The notes beneath the pieces were generated by a model that saw only the letters and a list, made by a program, of their open reading frames with translations, did no database searches and was not told where the DNA came from. The translations under genes were made by a program, and so were the position numbers. Below, in pieces: positions 23,173-35,650 of a stretch of DNA of 64,000 nt. Numbering within the stretch: position 1 is the stretch's first letter; each line of letters starts with the position of its first letter. This DNA is from Paraspadella gotoi (lineage: Eukaryota; Animalia; Chaetognatha): positions 24,780,688-24,844,687 of the forward strand of contig CM119263.1 in the NCBI GenBank assembly GCA_051294375.1. The letters run 5' to 3'.

Positions 23173-26100
23173 CTCTCTTCCACTCATACACCGATTTGCT
23201 TTGTTTTATTGAACTTATCAATCGCAATCAATGAATTGACAATCATCGCATCAATGCAATGACAATCATCGCATCACTGAATGACTATCATCACAGCAGT
23301 GAATGAACCTAATCATCGCATCAATAATTGATTATCTATCGAATCAATAATCAAATTTTCCTTTATTAATCCAATAAATTACTATTACATCAATCAATTA
23401 TATTACCTCAATCAATTACTAGCTACATCAACAATTCGTTATCGCACATTGATTCATTCGTTTTTTTCCGTTTTTTTCATTAATTTTCTATGATAGTGGG
23501 CTCTGGCTCGATCTGAGTCTTTTAAGATTTTTTTATTTATGTCTCCTGTCTCTCTCTCTCTCCTCTCTCTCACTTCCTCTCTTTTCTCTCTCACTCTCTC
23601 TCTCTCTCCCACTCTCTCTTTCTCTCTCTCTCTATCTCTTTTTATGCAATAGCGACGATCCTTATGCTTTTAAGATTTTTAACTGCATCATTTTTTTCAA
23701 CAATTGCCTAATTTTCTCAACTTGCCATTCGCTCAAACTTTACTATCTAAGATTCTTCACTCCTTCTCTACTCGGTGGCTCCACAAAATTTCATTCTCAA
23801 TCTATCATCCGCGTTTAAAATATATTTTAAAGTAAAAAAAGATTTCAAGTTAAAATAGTGACTCATATTTTTTTCATTAAACTCATTTCTCCACATGGTA
23901 CGTTCCACTGAAACTTTATATCAAGCTTCGTCATACGTTTTCCTACCCACACCACAAAATTTCAACTCAATCTATCCATCCAATTATGCATTAATTGGAG
24001 ATTTATGGTATAAAATAAGTTAAAAAGATCTTTAGTAATATTCGACTTATGTTTTTTCCATTTAAACTTAATTTCCACTCACACGATTCCATCGACAATT
24101 TATATCCAGCTTTATCACACACTTTCCTACCCACACACAAAATTTAATCCAATCCAACCAAGCCAATCAGAGTATTGGAGCTTTTTTGCTAAGATGGGAC
24201 GGTATGGACGGATTGATTGACTAATTAATTATATATTGATTAATTTATTTACTAATTGATTACATTAACTGACTAATTATTGATTATAATACATCCTGCA
24301 GATACATTTAATATAAAGGAAAAAAGCATAATCAATTAGCCTAAAAAGGGTTTTTCTTTTTCTTTTCAATTTTAAACTTATTTCCACTCAAACTTATTCC
24401 ATCGAAACTTTGATTTCCTGTTCAATAACACACACTTTTCCTACCCACATAACAAAACTTCCAGGTCAATCAGCCCATCCACTCCATGAGCCAATTGGTG
24501 TTGTTAAATAGTGAATATATTTTTTCTTTTTTTTTTCCATTTAAACTCATTTCCACCGGACGATTCCATCGAAACTTCATTATCCAGCTCAATACCACAC
24601 ATTACCTATACCACACACAAAAATTATTCATTTAAATCCACCATCCAATCAGATTAATGTGGTGTTTTTTTAGCTAAGGTGGGACGTGACGGACGACGGT
24701 ACGGGACGGACGGCGACACGCTCAATTTTTTTGACAATAATTTATTTCATAATTCGATGTTCTGACATATATAAGTGTGTTCCCGACAATATTGAGGGTC
24801 GGCGGAACCGACGGACCGAAAAAGTGAGCGTTATAGCAGTCGGGATCTGCCTGATAAGCAGATCCGACTCTAAAAATCTGATAAGCAAAATTTCTTAAAA
24901 ATTATTTTCATTTTCATATTATATTTAACAGTGCGATTACACCATAACCACTTATACCATTTGCAGAGAACTTCAATGTTTTCAACCTGTTCCGCCAACT
25001 AATATCATAACGCGGGCATCATGCGCCAAAATGAACACTTTTCTAACTCCTAGTTCTCTTTAAATTTTTTTTTCCTTTACTACTTAAATCGATTTTCAAT
25101 GTAAAAACTTTTTTGATTTAGGTTTATTCATTGGTTGTTGCACTGCAAGCTTTTAAATATTTATTAATATATATAATTATATAAGTTTTACGGAATTGTG
25201 CCACGTGAAATGAGTTTAGACTGGAAAAAAACATTAAGTCACATATAACCTTGAATCTTAATATATGATTACAATAATGTTTTTAATTAATTAATTACGT
25301 TAATTAATTAATTAATTAATGTGAAAAAATGATGCAACTGTTTAAAAAACATCTTAAAAGCATAAAGATCGTCGCAGACTTGCATAAAAAGAGAGAGAGA
25401 GTGCATGAGTGGAGAGGAGACAAGGAAGACATAAAATAAAATAAAGGATATTTGTTTGTTGTTGACTAAAATGTTAAACCAAAAACATATTTTAATAACT
25501 TGTCCTACCCAATTTTAAGGGACATCGCATAATATGATAAGTTGAATATAAATTTAAAATTAATTCATTACATATTAAAATTAATTAATTACATTTAATT
25601 AATCGATAATTACATTAATTATCCGTGAGGAGATCCGACATTGTTTGCCTTCAAACTTGTTTTCCCGATGAATCAGCACTGGGGAAAGAGAGAGAGAGAT
25701 TTTAGCTACATATAAAATAAAAGAGAAACAATCAGTTAATTAATCGAATAATTAATTAACAGTCAATTTATCAATCAAATTAATTATTCAATCAATCCAT
25801 ATTTATTATCTAATAATTAATTATTTAATCAATCAATTTATTTACTATTATTTAATTTATTCAATCAATCAATCCAGTCACATCATTAATCGGCAATATT
25901 CTCAATCGTCGTCAATTATTTTCTCATGGTTAGTGAACGAAAATACCCTAAAACAAACATTTCGAGGTCTAAATTAATTAACTACTATTCGCCTGATTAA
26001 TTGCTCATGAGTGGAATGGGCAATTGACCTGTAATTTTGTATGTGGGTAGGAAAGTGTGTTGATTGAACTGGAAAAACCAAGTTGTGATGGAATCGTTGA

Positions 26101-29100
26101 GTGGAAATGAGTTTTAAATGGAAAAAAACAAAAAAAAAAACCTTTTCACTAATTGATTATGCCCTTCTTTTTCTTTTCTATATTAAATGTATATGCAGTA
26201 GAGTTGCCCAGCACTCAAAAAACCCCAATACTCAAATTCTCACTCGGTCCGTTTTCCATTTTTTCTGTAACTTAAATTCATTTTTAAAATCCTGTTTAAG
26301 CAAAAAAATGTTGTTGCTAATAAACCCAATCTAAGCTCAAGAAGTATAACAGAAGTATTATACTGCGACAGTGACCGATAGACATAACTTTATTAAGCGC
26401 GATTTCTTGACCACAGTACTGGGCTATTAGTGGCCGGAGCGAGCGCGGTGGGGGGTGCCTGATAGGTGGGGGGTGGTGGTATAGTAGAAGCTATTAGTGT
26501 CCGGAGAGCAAGGGGTGTGTTTGTAGCGGCTGCGACGTGAGGATTTGGAAATTCTCCTTGACCTGAGTTGCGAATTCGGCGGTAATAAACTTCGCGCTAG
26601 ACTCGCTAGGCAACAAAAAATATCGTGGAGAAAAGTGGGCAGAAAAAATTCGTAGAAGAGAGTAAAGTTATACAAGTTATTACAATGTTTATTTCTTTAG
26701 TTTCTTTAGTTTCTTTAGTTTATGCTTGGTCCGAGAATGAGAGAAAAAAATAATATAAGTTTATCTTTATTTGTTATATGAAATTTCTCCTTGTGACCAC
26801 TTTGTAAATTCGTTCGCGCCAAAACCTTCACTCTTCACTCCGCTGGCAACGAAAAACTTTCGTGGAAAGAAGTGTGCGAAAAAATTCATGGAAGGAGCTT
26901 ACTTTTCCTTTCTACTTTCTTTATGTGGTCTGAGAGTGAGAGACTTGACAACTCCTTGACCGAGTTGTAAATCGTCGGCCCAAAAACTTCACTCTTCACT
27001 ACCGCTGGCAACGAAAAATTCGTCGAAAAACCCGATGAGGCTAAATTACAAATTTCCTCTGACCAGAAATATATTCAACACTAACTGCCAGAGTCTATGA
27101 GAATTATTTCTAAAAAAAACACTCCTAATACTTATTTATTAGTGTCTTGCTGACCATCAAAATTACAAATTTTCCGTGTAAATTATAAATTTTCCTGTGC
27201 AAAAATTAGAATTTCTGTCCTCCATTTCTACCATTCCTACCTTATCATTTTCTACATTTTTTTTCTCGGATCGAACTTTTTTTTTCAGAAAAAATCTGCC
27301 GAGTCGGTCGTACCTAAGATCGAACCTCAAGCGTTGGAGCTGCTTAAAAATTGACCAATGATAGCCCCCTTGCCTCCTCTGGCTTTAAACCAATCAGGTG
27401 CGTAGTTTCAGACAAAAGAACGATATGCCTCCAAAAATGTACAGTTTGACAATGAAATAGTAAATAATTTTGCAATAATTTAGTTTGATCTTGTAAAACA
27501 TATACTATATATCAACTAACTTTGGTTACAATAAGACACAAGCCGGCATTATCCAAGAAAAGTCTATACTATGCCATTCTTATTTTGGATTGACTAAATC
27601 GTTGTTTCAGGTGTAGAGGCCTATCTTCCAAAATTTCTCGTTTCTTATTGCGTTTAATTTACACACCTCACCGATAAGGTCCGATAAGTCTGCCATCGTA
27701 AGTATAAAAGCAAAAAAAAAAATTTCGCGGCTCCATAATCTCCACAACATTCCAAGTGCGAACAAGTGAGACGAAGGGCCGGCGGTAGAAAGTACCACTT
27801 CGAAGAAGCAGTTTATGGTGAAAGCGACGTGAGCTGACCGAAGTTGATCACCCTTCTCAACCACTGCCATTAGTGGCATCATTTAATTCTAAAAAGGATT
27901 GTCATATATATATCGGGTTTTTATTTAGTAGCTATTATTTCCATCTGGATAGTCTGTAGCTAGATTATTGTATTCTTGTCGAAGGAGGCATGTAAATAAA
28001 AACCAAGTATAACTAAACATAATTTTTATTTCGCAATTTTTTTTACAATTAAAACTACATCCAATACAAATAACTGCCGGTATTTCGGCTGTCAAATCCG
28101 GCCTCTATTTTTAAACAATTTCGGCTGTTTTGTTTTTATCTGCCAGCAGCGAAAAATTGCCTTCGCTTCGTGCAACTGGACGCTGGGCTAAATTCAAAGT
28201 CGTCAGAGAAACGATGTTTGTCGATGTGGTCGATGTCACCGCTGTCCTTAAATGTCAACGCTGCGATGTTTAGGTAAAATGTTGGCGCCGCCTCGGGTGA
28301 TCCGATGCCGATAATCGATGTAGTACTCCATAGGTTGAAACTCACAAGAGCAAAGGTGGTCATGTATGAGCAGTACCTAATATGTGGTTATTTACAAATT
28401 ATTAATCTCACATATACACGTATACAAAAATCTAACGTACGTAAAAAATTAAGTATACATACCTTAGTCTAAGTCTTCCGTCCTACAGCAGCCCGTGTCG
28501 TCTAGGCTCGCCTATTTTCGCGACGCGGTCGTCGGTACACCGCTGAGTCGTCTCCATACTAATATCGCTGTCTGTGGTTTTGCCATATTGGAGCTGTAAA
28601 AATCTGGTTGGCCAGCGACTTAAGCAACGATCTCAAGTCATCCAAGTTCGGAAGACGAGCCCAGAAAAGATGGAATTCTCTGGAAACATGATCCATTGCT
28701 AATCGCCGGTAAGAGTATTCGATCTTCGAACCTTCGATCAAAAATTTACACATCAATTAACATTTTAAAATGTAGATATAAAAAAAACGAATTCTAATCA
28801 AAGAATCAAACTTACATTTGACGCTCGTCGTCGTCAGAACGCCGACCTGTGCACCACGTAAATGTGGAATCGTTGGAACTGTGGTACTATCGTTGGTCCT
28901 CCTCTTGGCAAATAGTCGCCCTCGCACTTCAATGTATTGAGTCATACGGCGAATTTTATCGTAACTGCCGTAAGAAGTGGCATTTTCTCTAAAATGACTC
29001 ATTTTTATTTTTTTTTTGAGTGTTTTTTTTTGTGTTGTTAACGCTAAAACCTAAACAAAACTAAATGCAATGAAACGAAAGCACAAACACGTAATCATGA

Positions 29101-30904
29101 AATCAGTTAAGTTACAGGGCTGTATTTTATGTATATAGGTCTACTCGGTTTACATGGATCTATTTAATAAAAACGAAGCCAAGATAGTCTCACAGTTGCG
29201 TGGTCTTTAACGTTTCAACCTACCAGGATAGGGCCTCTTCTTGGGCGGCTGCAGCCGAATCCACCAAGAAAACGTTATAGTTTTTTTTGAAAAATCGCCA
29301 TTTTCCTTCTGTGACGTATTCTGCGTCAGTCTTAAATGTCTCCACCACCAGCATAATTTCGATGGCTTCGTGGAAACTGGACGTCTATTAGCGCAAGGCG
29401 AGTGCATGCTGGACACCAGTGGACGTCAGCAAATCGCCCGCCCACTGACTATGCAAGTTGTCTTTCGCAAAGGTTTGCAGCCTTGCTTCGTCAATGAAAA
29501 ATGTTGGCGTTGTGAAGCTCTGTGGGAAAGGCCACATGAATGCCCTCCGAAGACCGAAAAGCGTCTGTTTTCTGCCTGAGAAAAATATATGTAAATATTA
29601 CTAAGCTAACCATAGAAAAATAATCGCCTCACGATGACTAAGGAAGCGGGTCGACAATGGCACTATCGTCCCCATATCCCAGTTTCTCTGATTTCTCCAA
29701 TCGTCCGCTTGCAAACCAAAGCGATTCTTATTTGCCGGAAGCAAAATACTTCGCCCCTACTGGAATCGGACAACAGGTTTGCCGTGGGAATCTGCCCAGC
29801 GAATATCCTGCGGAATTCTTTTTCCTCTGGCGAGGCTTGACCCAGAGACGATCCCAATATTCAGGGCACGTCGGTCCCCCCATTCGCGCCCAATTTTTTA
29901 GATTTCTCCTCAAACTACGATAAAGTCATCGACAAATGAAACATTGTCAATAAAAAATAAAACAAGTAAAAAATTAAAAATATAATGAGGCTAACCTTTC
30001 CCTGACCCACTTGTCCCTGAACAACGTTCGCTGCGCCCTATTGGATTCTTAAACCCAGTGTCAAGGCTTTGTGATCCTTCTTTTCGTCAACCCCAAATGA
30101 AACGTTCCCACTTTCGGTGACCTCATGGATCGTTTGATTCTTTATTCCAGCATGCGTAGTTAGTACAGCCCTTGTTTTTGTTAATTTTTTTTTAAAAGTG
30201 AATATATTTAGGAAATGCAAATTAAACTATAAGTAAATTTTAATTTTGTGACTTGATTTCACAGACTAGACCTTATATGCCCAAATGAGATTCAGAATGA
30301 GACACTTTTAAACAAGCAAGCAATCTGGGCAAGCCAAGTCGTAAAATGTAAATTTTAAACTTTTTTGATTAACTTTTTTTTGCTGTTAAAAGGCCTAACC
30401 TCGATTTTTTACTAACAGAATCGCAATTGCAACAATCCAATTTGTCTGCGACATGGATCAGATGATAGTCCCAATCTTCAATTGACAGCATTAGGCGGGG
30501 TGATTTCCATTCAAGGCCCTCGCGGCCTCTTGAAACAACGTCGCACTCTAAAACGATCAAAGCGTCCGTGGTACAACCTAACACAAAAAGGAAAAGAAAA
30601 CAAACTGTGGCCAATTTGGTTTCGGCGATTCGACCCTGAGAAAACTGACTTTGCCATGCCAACTAATAAAAAGAATATGTTGCCATGTGCCTTAGAATCA
30701 CAACTAAAATGAAGCGTACATAACCTGGGAATTCATCTGGCAAATACTTGTTTCGTGGCCAAAAAAAACTAATCCCTGTATTAAGTTCACTCATTAACGA
30801 CACTGTCGATGACACAAATTCAGTCATTTATTTGCAATTACAACTACTGCCAGGATACAATTCGTTACACTTCAATACAGATTTCGAAGAAAGTTCATTC
30901 GTCA
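22917..30904 (+). repeat. Tandem duplicate of 15083-22916 (partial HINE 22917-24871 plus the same downstream genes)
   Basis: Collinear throughout and differing mainly by scattered 1-nt indels. The junction at 22916/22917 cuts an ORF and restarts inside the HINE. Confidence 0.85.
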
Positions 30905-31427
30905 GACACTTTCAAAAAATTCACAATGGCACATATTTTCGAAAAAAATTCAAATCAAACATGATGGCGCCATCTCACTCAAAGAGAGGCGGGCACTCCA
31001 ATTTTTATGCCTTGTCCGTTTTGTCGGTCTGATTTTCCCGTGATNNNNNNNNNNNNNNNNNNNNNNNNNCGATAACTGCAGAAGCAGCATCATGTGCCAC
31101 ATTTTTGAAAATCACCCAGGGGCACAAATTCCCTGTGTCATTTGCTCCAACTTAATGGATGCAAAAGACCTCAGAACTCATATTCTCATCCATTTGAGGG
31201 AGGACGACCTCATGCAAATGACAAACGAACGACTGGTCTGCAGGGGGTGCAAAATGGAACTATTTTCCATTAACGACGTTAAGACACATTCGCCCAATTG
31301 TGTCAAAGGCATCCCAAAGTATACGATGGAAAACTACGGAAAGGTTTTCCTATATGACTGCAGTGATATTGTCAAAACCCAAATCTGCTGTCTTTTCACA
31401 GAGTTGCCGGAGGTAAATTCTGGCTAA
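30420..31427 (+). CDS. C2H2-type zinc-finger protein (frameshifted, gap; truncated copy at 22457-22916)
   Basis: CVICSNLMDAKDLRTHILIH and CRGCKMELFSINDVKTHSPNC in ORF 31092-31427. Combining the two copies gives CNYNYC...FVRHFQKIH upstream. Confidence 0.55.
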
Positions 31428-32055
31428 GACACTCGGATTTGTTTTTAAATCATGCTTGGAATTCGTTGTGCTAATTTAAGTTAGTCATTTTACCCATCAT
31501 TAATTTCTGGTTTGTTTTTAATTCAACGTTTTAAATTCATTACTTAATCTAAGTTAGTCATTTTTACCATCGTTATTTTTTTTTTGTAACTATTCGGTGA
31601 TTCTTTTTCTAAGACACTCTGGTTTGTTTTTAATTCAATTTTTAAATTCATCGCGTGAATCTAAGTCAGTCATTTTTACCTTTCGTCAATTTTCCCTGGT
31701 ACCTAGCTGGTGATTCTCTTTTTTTACTTCTTTTTGAAATTATGAGGTATCAATGGTAAATAATGTTAAATATGCCATTATTTGATACGTTAAATATCAA
31801 ACAATATTATTTTTTTAGAAAACAGAGGGACACGCTGAATCAGTTTATGATGTTTAAATAGTTTTGTTTTATCTATGTCTTTTGTTTTTGTCTACATTCG
31901 TTGCGATCATTTTGCGTTTATAGTTAGTTTCTAGTTGTTTTTTCAATTGTTATTTTGTTAAAATGATTCGATTTCTTATGTCAAAGATAATACAAATTAG
32001 TTGCATTTTTATGGAAGATGCGCTCTTTTAAAGAATCTGTAAATTTTAATCTAAG

Positions 32056-32385
32056 ATGGAACAAGACAATGAGCAATATATGCTTAACATTAAGCAAGGC
32101 GACATTAGTTTTTTTAAAAAACCTCTCCAAGAGTCTTTGTGCTTAAGAGACATTTACGAAAAAATTTCAATGGATAAAACTTGCTTAATAATATTGCACC
32201 AGGATAAAAATAACCCGGACATGGTAACTTGTGTGCATATTTTATTCAAAGCCCTTTATAAATCTAAAAAGAGATCGATAATTTCGGGAATATTTACTAG
32301 GGGTGGGATGTCTTTCCCTAAGAACGGAGACAACCAGGATTTTGACGAATATTTTCAAGAAAACTGCATAACCATATCACGATGA
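32056..32385 (+). CDS. Hypothetical protein (109 aa)
   Basis: ATG-initiated ORF with ordinary composition whose stop overlaps the next start (ATGA). No motif recognised. Confidence 0.35.
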   Translation: MEQDNEQYMLNIKQGDISFFKKPLQESLCLRDIYEKISMDKTCLIILHQDKNNPDMVTCVHILFKALYKSKKRSIISGIFTRGGMSFPKNGDNQDFDEYFQENCITISR

Positions 32386-33029
32386 ACGCCACTCCGAGTC
32401 CGATAAAAGGAGATCTAATGCCATTGCCTCGACCTACTCATGCCCCGCGACGCGTAGCTGACAAAGGCAACAAAGAAACCAATAATGTGTTCTCGTGTGG
32501 TGACAAGCAATGCATGGCTAACAAAAGGAACAAAGATGACATGGACAATGCTTTCTCCGATGACGACGACAACATTTTTAAAGACGAAAAACTCATTGCC
32601 GGCCTCGAGGATCGCAGACCTAAATATGTCTACAAAAAGAAAACCACCACACCAACAGGTCACAAAAATATCAAAAAAACTATAACCCAAGGAAACTTTA
32701 ACTTCAACAATGACAATTTTCCCAGTCAGTCCAAGCAATCGTGCTTGGACTTTTATTGGGGTAAGGAAAAACCAAATTGTGGTCGTAGAGACATCGAGAA
32801 TAAAAATAAAACTGTTCTTAGCAATGCGAGTAGCTCGCTCACATGGAAAAATGCACAATCTCAAGTTCGCACGCCTTCGCCAACTCCAAAAACATTCCAC
32901 GACGCCTCGGTCCAAACAGACGGCGATATACCAAAAAAAAAACCAAAATGGTCACCGTTACTACTACAGAAGTCACTTATTCCGAATTTTAATAACATTG
33001 CGCCCGAGTCCCACTCTGAGTCTTCTTGA
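32382..33029 (+). CDS. Hypothetical viral protein, paralog of 815-1458
   Basis: Intact 215-aa ORF sharing conserved blocks with the lineage A ORF. Confidence 0.65.
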   Translation: MNATPSPIKGDLMPLPRPTHAPRRVADKGNKETNNVFSCGDKQCMANKRNKDDMDNAFSDDDDNIFKDEKLIAGLEDRRPKYVYKKKTTTPTGHKNIKKTITQGNFNFNNDNFPSQSKQSCLDFYWGKEKPNCGRRDIENKNKTVLSNASSSLTWKNAQSQVRTPSPTPKTFHDASVQTDGDIPKKKPKWSPLLLQKSLIPNFNNIAPESHSESS

Positions 33030-33827
33030 CTATAAAACTCTCTATCTCTCTCTCTCTATCTCTCTCTTTCTCTCTCTCTCTCTCCCTCCCCTCCCTCTCT
33101 CTCTCTCTCTCTCTTCGTCGTCGTCGTTTTTTAATCTAATTTTAATCATACGTGTACATTTTCTGTATTTTTGAATATATGATGGCGTTTCAATACCAAA
33201 GTATCTTTTAATGCATTTATTAGAGATTTTTTGTATACTAATTGTAGTTTTTTTTCCAATTTCAGATGATATTTCACATTTTCCTTCGAGTTGACGATTG
33301 TCCGAGTCATTTTACCCATCATTAGAAACGGTGTTTCCCATCCAACAAAGACGAAAAGAAAGGTTTGTTTTATTTTTCTATGTATGTTTATTTCTCTAAA
33401 ATTATGTTTTAAAAATTATTTATCCTCGTATCAGTTATCGTCCACAACAACATGTCTGGTAGGCGCCGATAGTTCACAAAAGACAACAGTGCGATTCTCT
33501 ATCCTGGCGACATTAGATCTCCTTCGTTGCTGCTTACCATATTATTGAAAACCGGTAGGTTACTTTTAGTTTAATTATCGAAAAGAAATGAAAATATAAT
33601 TTTATTTGCCTTTTTTAACAGGACTTCAGGGTAAAGCGTCGCGACAGGGAGAAGAGAGGGAGAGAAAGAGAGAGAGGCGTGGGCGTTTTTAGTCGAGCAA
33701 CGAGTAAGTAATTCAAATTCGCTGCTTATATTTTTCTTGGCGTTGTAATTCGAAAGCAAACTTTAAGAAAACATTTTTTTTTCTATTGCAGTAACATCGA
33801 CTCTTCGTCACGGCTTTTCTTGCCAAC

Positions 33828-35610
33828 ATGAACGCCGTGCACACCGCTATTCAAATGGACGCCGTCGCGACAGACCAACTGCTGAAAGCCGACTATTCGG
33901 CGGAATGCGTTCAAATCGTTGATCATTATTGGCCAGAAATTAAATGCGATTATAGTATCTTGCCCAATGTGTTATGTGGGATGTTTGTGTACAGATTAGC
34001 CAAAAATAGACCAAATCCAAATGAAAAAAAATTCGGCGTCTGACCGCTTAGCAAATCATCCCGCCTTGTTACAGTACATCGACAGTATATTGACAAATTC
34101 TTTTCATGGACAAAGTTATTTTTTTAATTTTAATTTTTCGGCCATCATATTCACAGAGAGTAACAGTAGTTTCTCGTACAGCTCACGCAATAATTTAACC
34201 TGCTTAGACAACGCAAAATTGGTACACAACAAAAAGACGAGGGCGCAGTTAATGGTCGCTTTGCGGGACTTTAGTCTACAAACTTACGAAAATTATAGCA
34301 CCCAAATAATTAAAGAAAAATATATACAAAGCAAAATTGTTTATCTGTCACTCTATGGTTATATAACTAGGGTTCCTCATGTTTTGTTCGGTTGTGATTT
34401 AAAATTGAACCCCACTGGTTTCAAGCTACCCTCGGGCACCGTTAAAGTCGACAACAATACTGACCAGAATGGCTATTCTAGAAACATGTGTGTATTTCAG
34501 TCTTTTTCTATTTTTCTTCAAATAAAAAAGGTACGGAGTAAGACCGTAATCGAACCCCTGTCGAATGCAAAGAAAAAAATTAGTAATTTGGCAGCTCTTA
34601 AGCTTAAAAAATATTTCAAGCATTTTGTTCAGAACAATTACGCGTCTTCATTCGGCGATATTTTCCCAAAGTCCACTTCTTGTCTCGGAGTTTCGCCAGA
34701 AGTATGGGATATGTTAGAAGAGGCATTTCATGTAGCTATCGATATCTACGTGAAAGAATTCCCAATCGTCATCGAAAGGAAAAGAAACTCTTTAAAGATT
34801 TCGAATAAATTTAATGCTAACAGATATTATCTAATTAGGAAGTCCAAATCTAATGGTCACCGCGTCAACCTCTTGCAAATTGACTGCGAGTCAACTCAAA
34901 TTAAACATGTAATTCCCATTCGGAATTTACATCTCTTTGGCCGAAAACACTTTTGTCCGTTGTGCAATCAAAAGTACAACGAATCGAGGCGATTAGTTAA
35001 CCATAAATGTTACCAGGATAATTCAGCCAACAATTTTGTCGGTGAGCGACTGGTTCAATTCCAGTCGTCAGCAGACTCTCTAATTAAACAAGTTTGAGCA
35101 AAACAATGTCGGATCTGCCTACGATAATTAATTAATTAATTGATTAATTAATTAATTAATAGATTAATTAATTAATTAATAGATTAATTAATAGATTAAT
35201 TATAATTTATATTCAGCTTGTCATCATCGATGTCCTTAAAATTGAGTCAGGACAGTTTATTAAAATGTTTTGTTTCATTTTATCAAAACAAACAAATATC
35301 CTCTATTATCGAGCCAGGCGGGCAAGCCCGTCCTGTCTAGATTTTTTTTCGGTTTTAGCTTTCGGTCTCGCTTTTTTGCAATCATGGCTTCTGAAAGTGT
35401 GATATCATAGGGAGTTGAATTTTCATATATGGCTTCTAATCAATCAAGATCTTTAAAATTCTCATGTTTCATGTCAATATTGGTATTTGTTTATGTTTTA
35501 TTTACAAAACAAAAACGTTTTTAATTATATGTCGCTCTCTCTCTCTCTCTTTTTCTCCGTCACTGCTTCTTCTAAAAACGAGTTCCGGCTCTGCAGCGTC
35601 TGTCCAGCTT

Positions 35611-35650
<40 letters not shown>
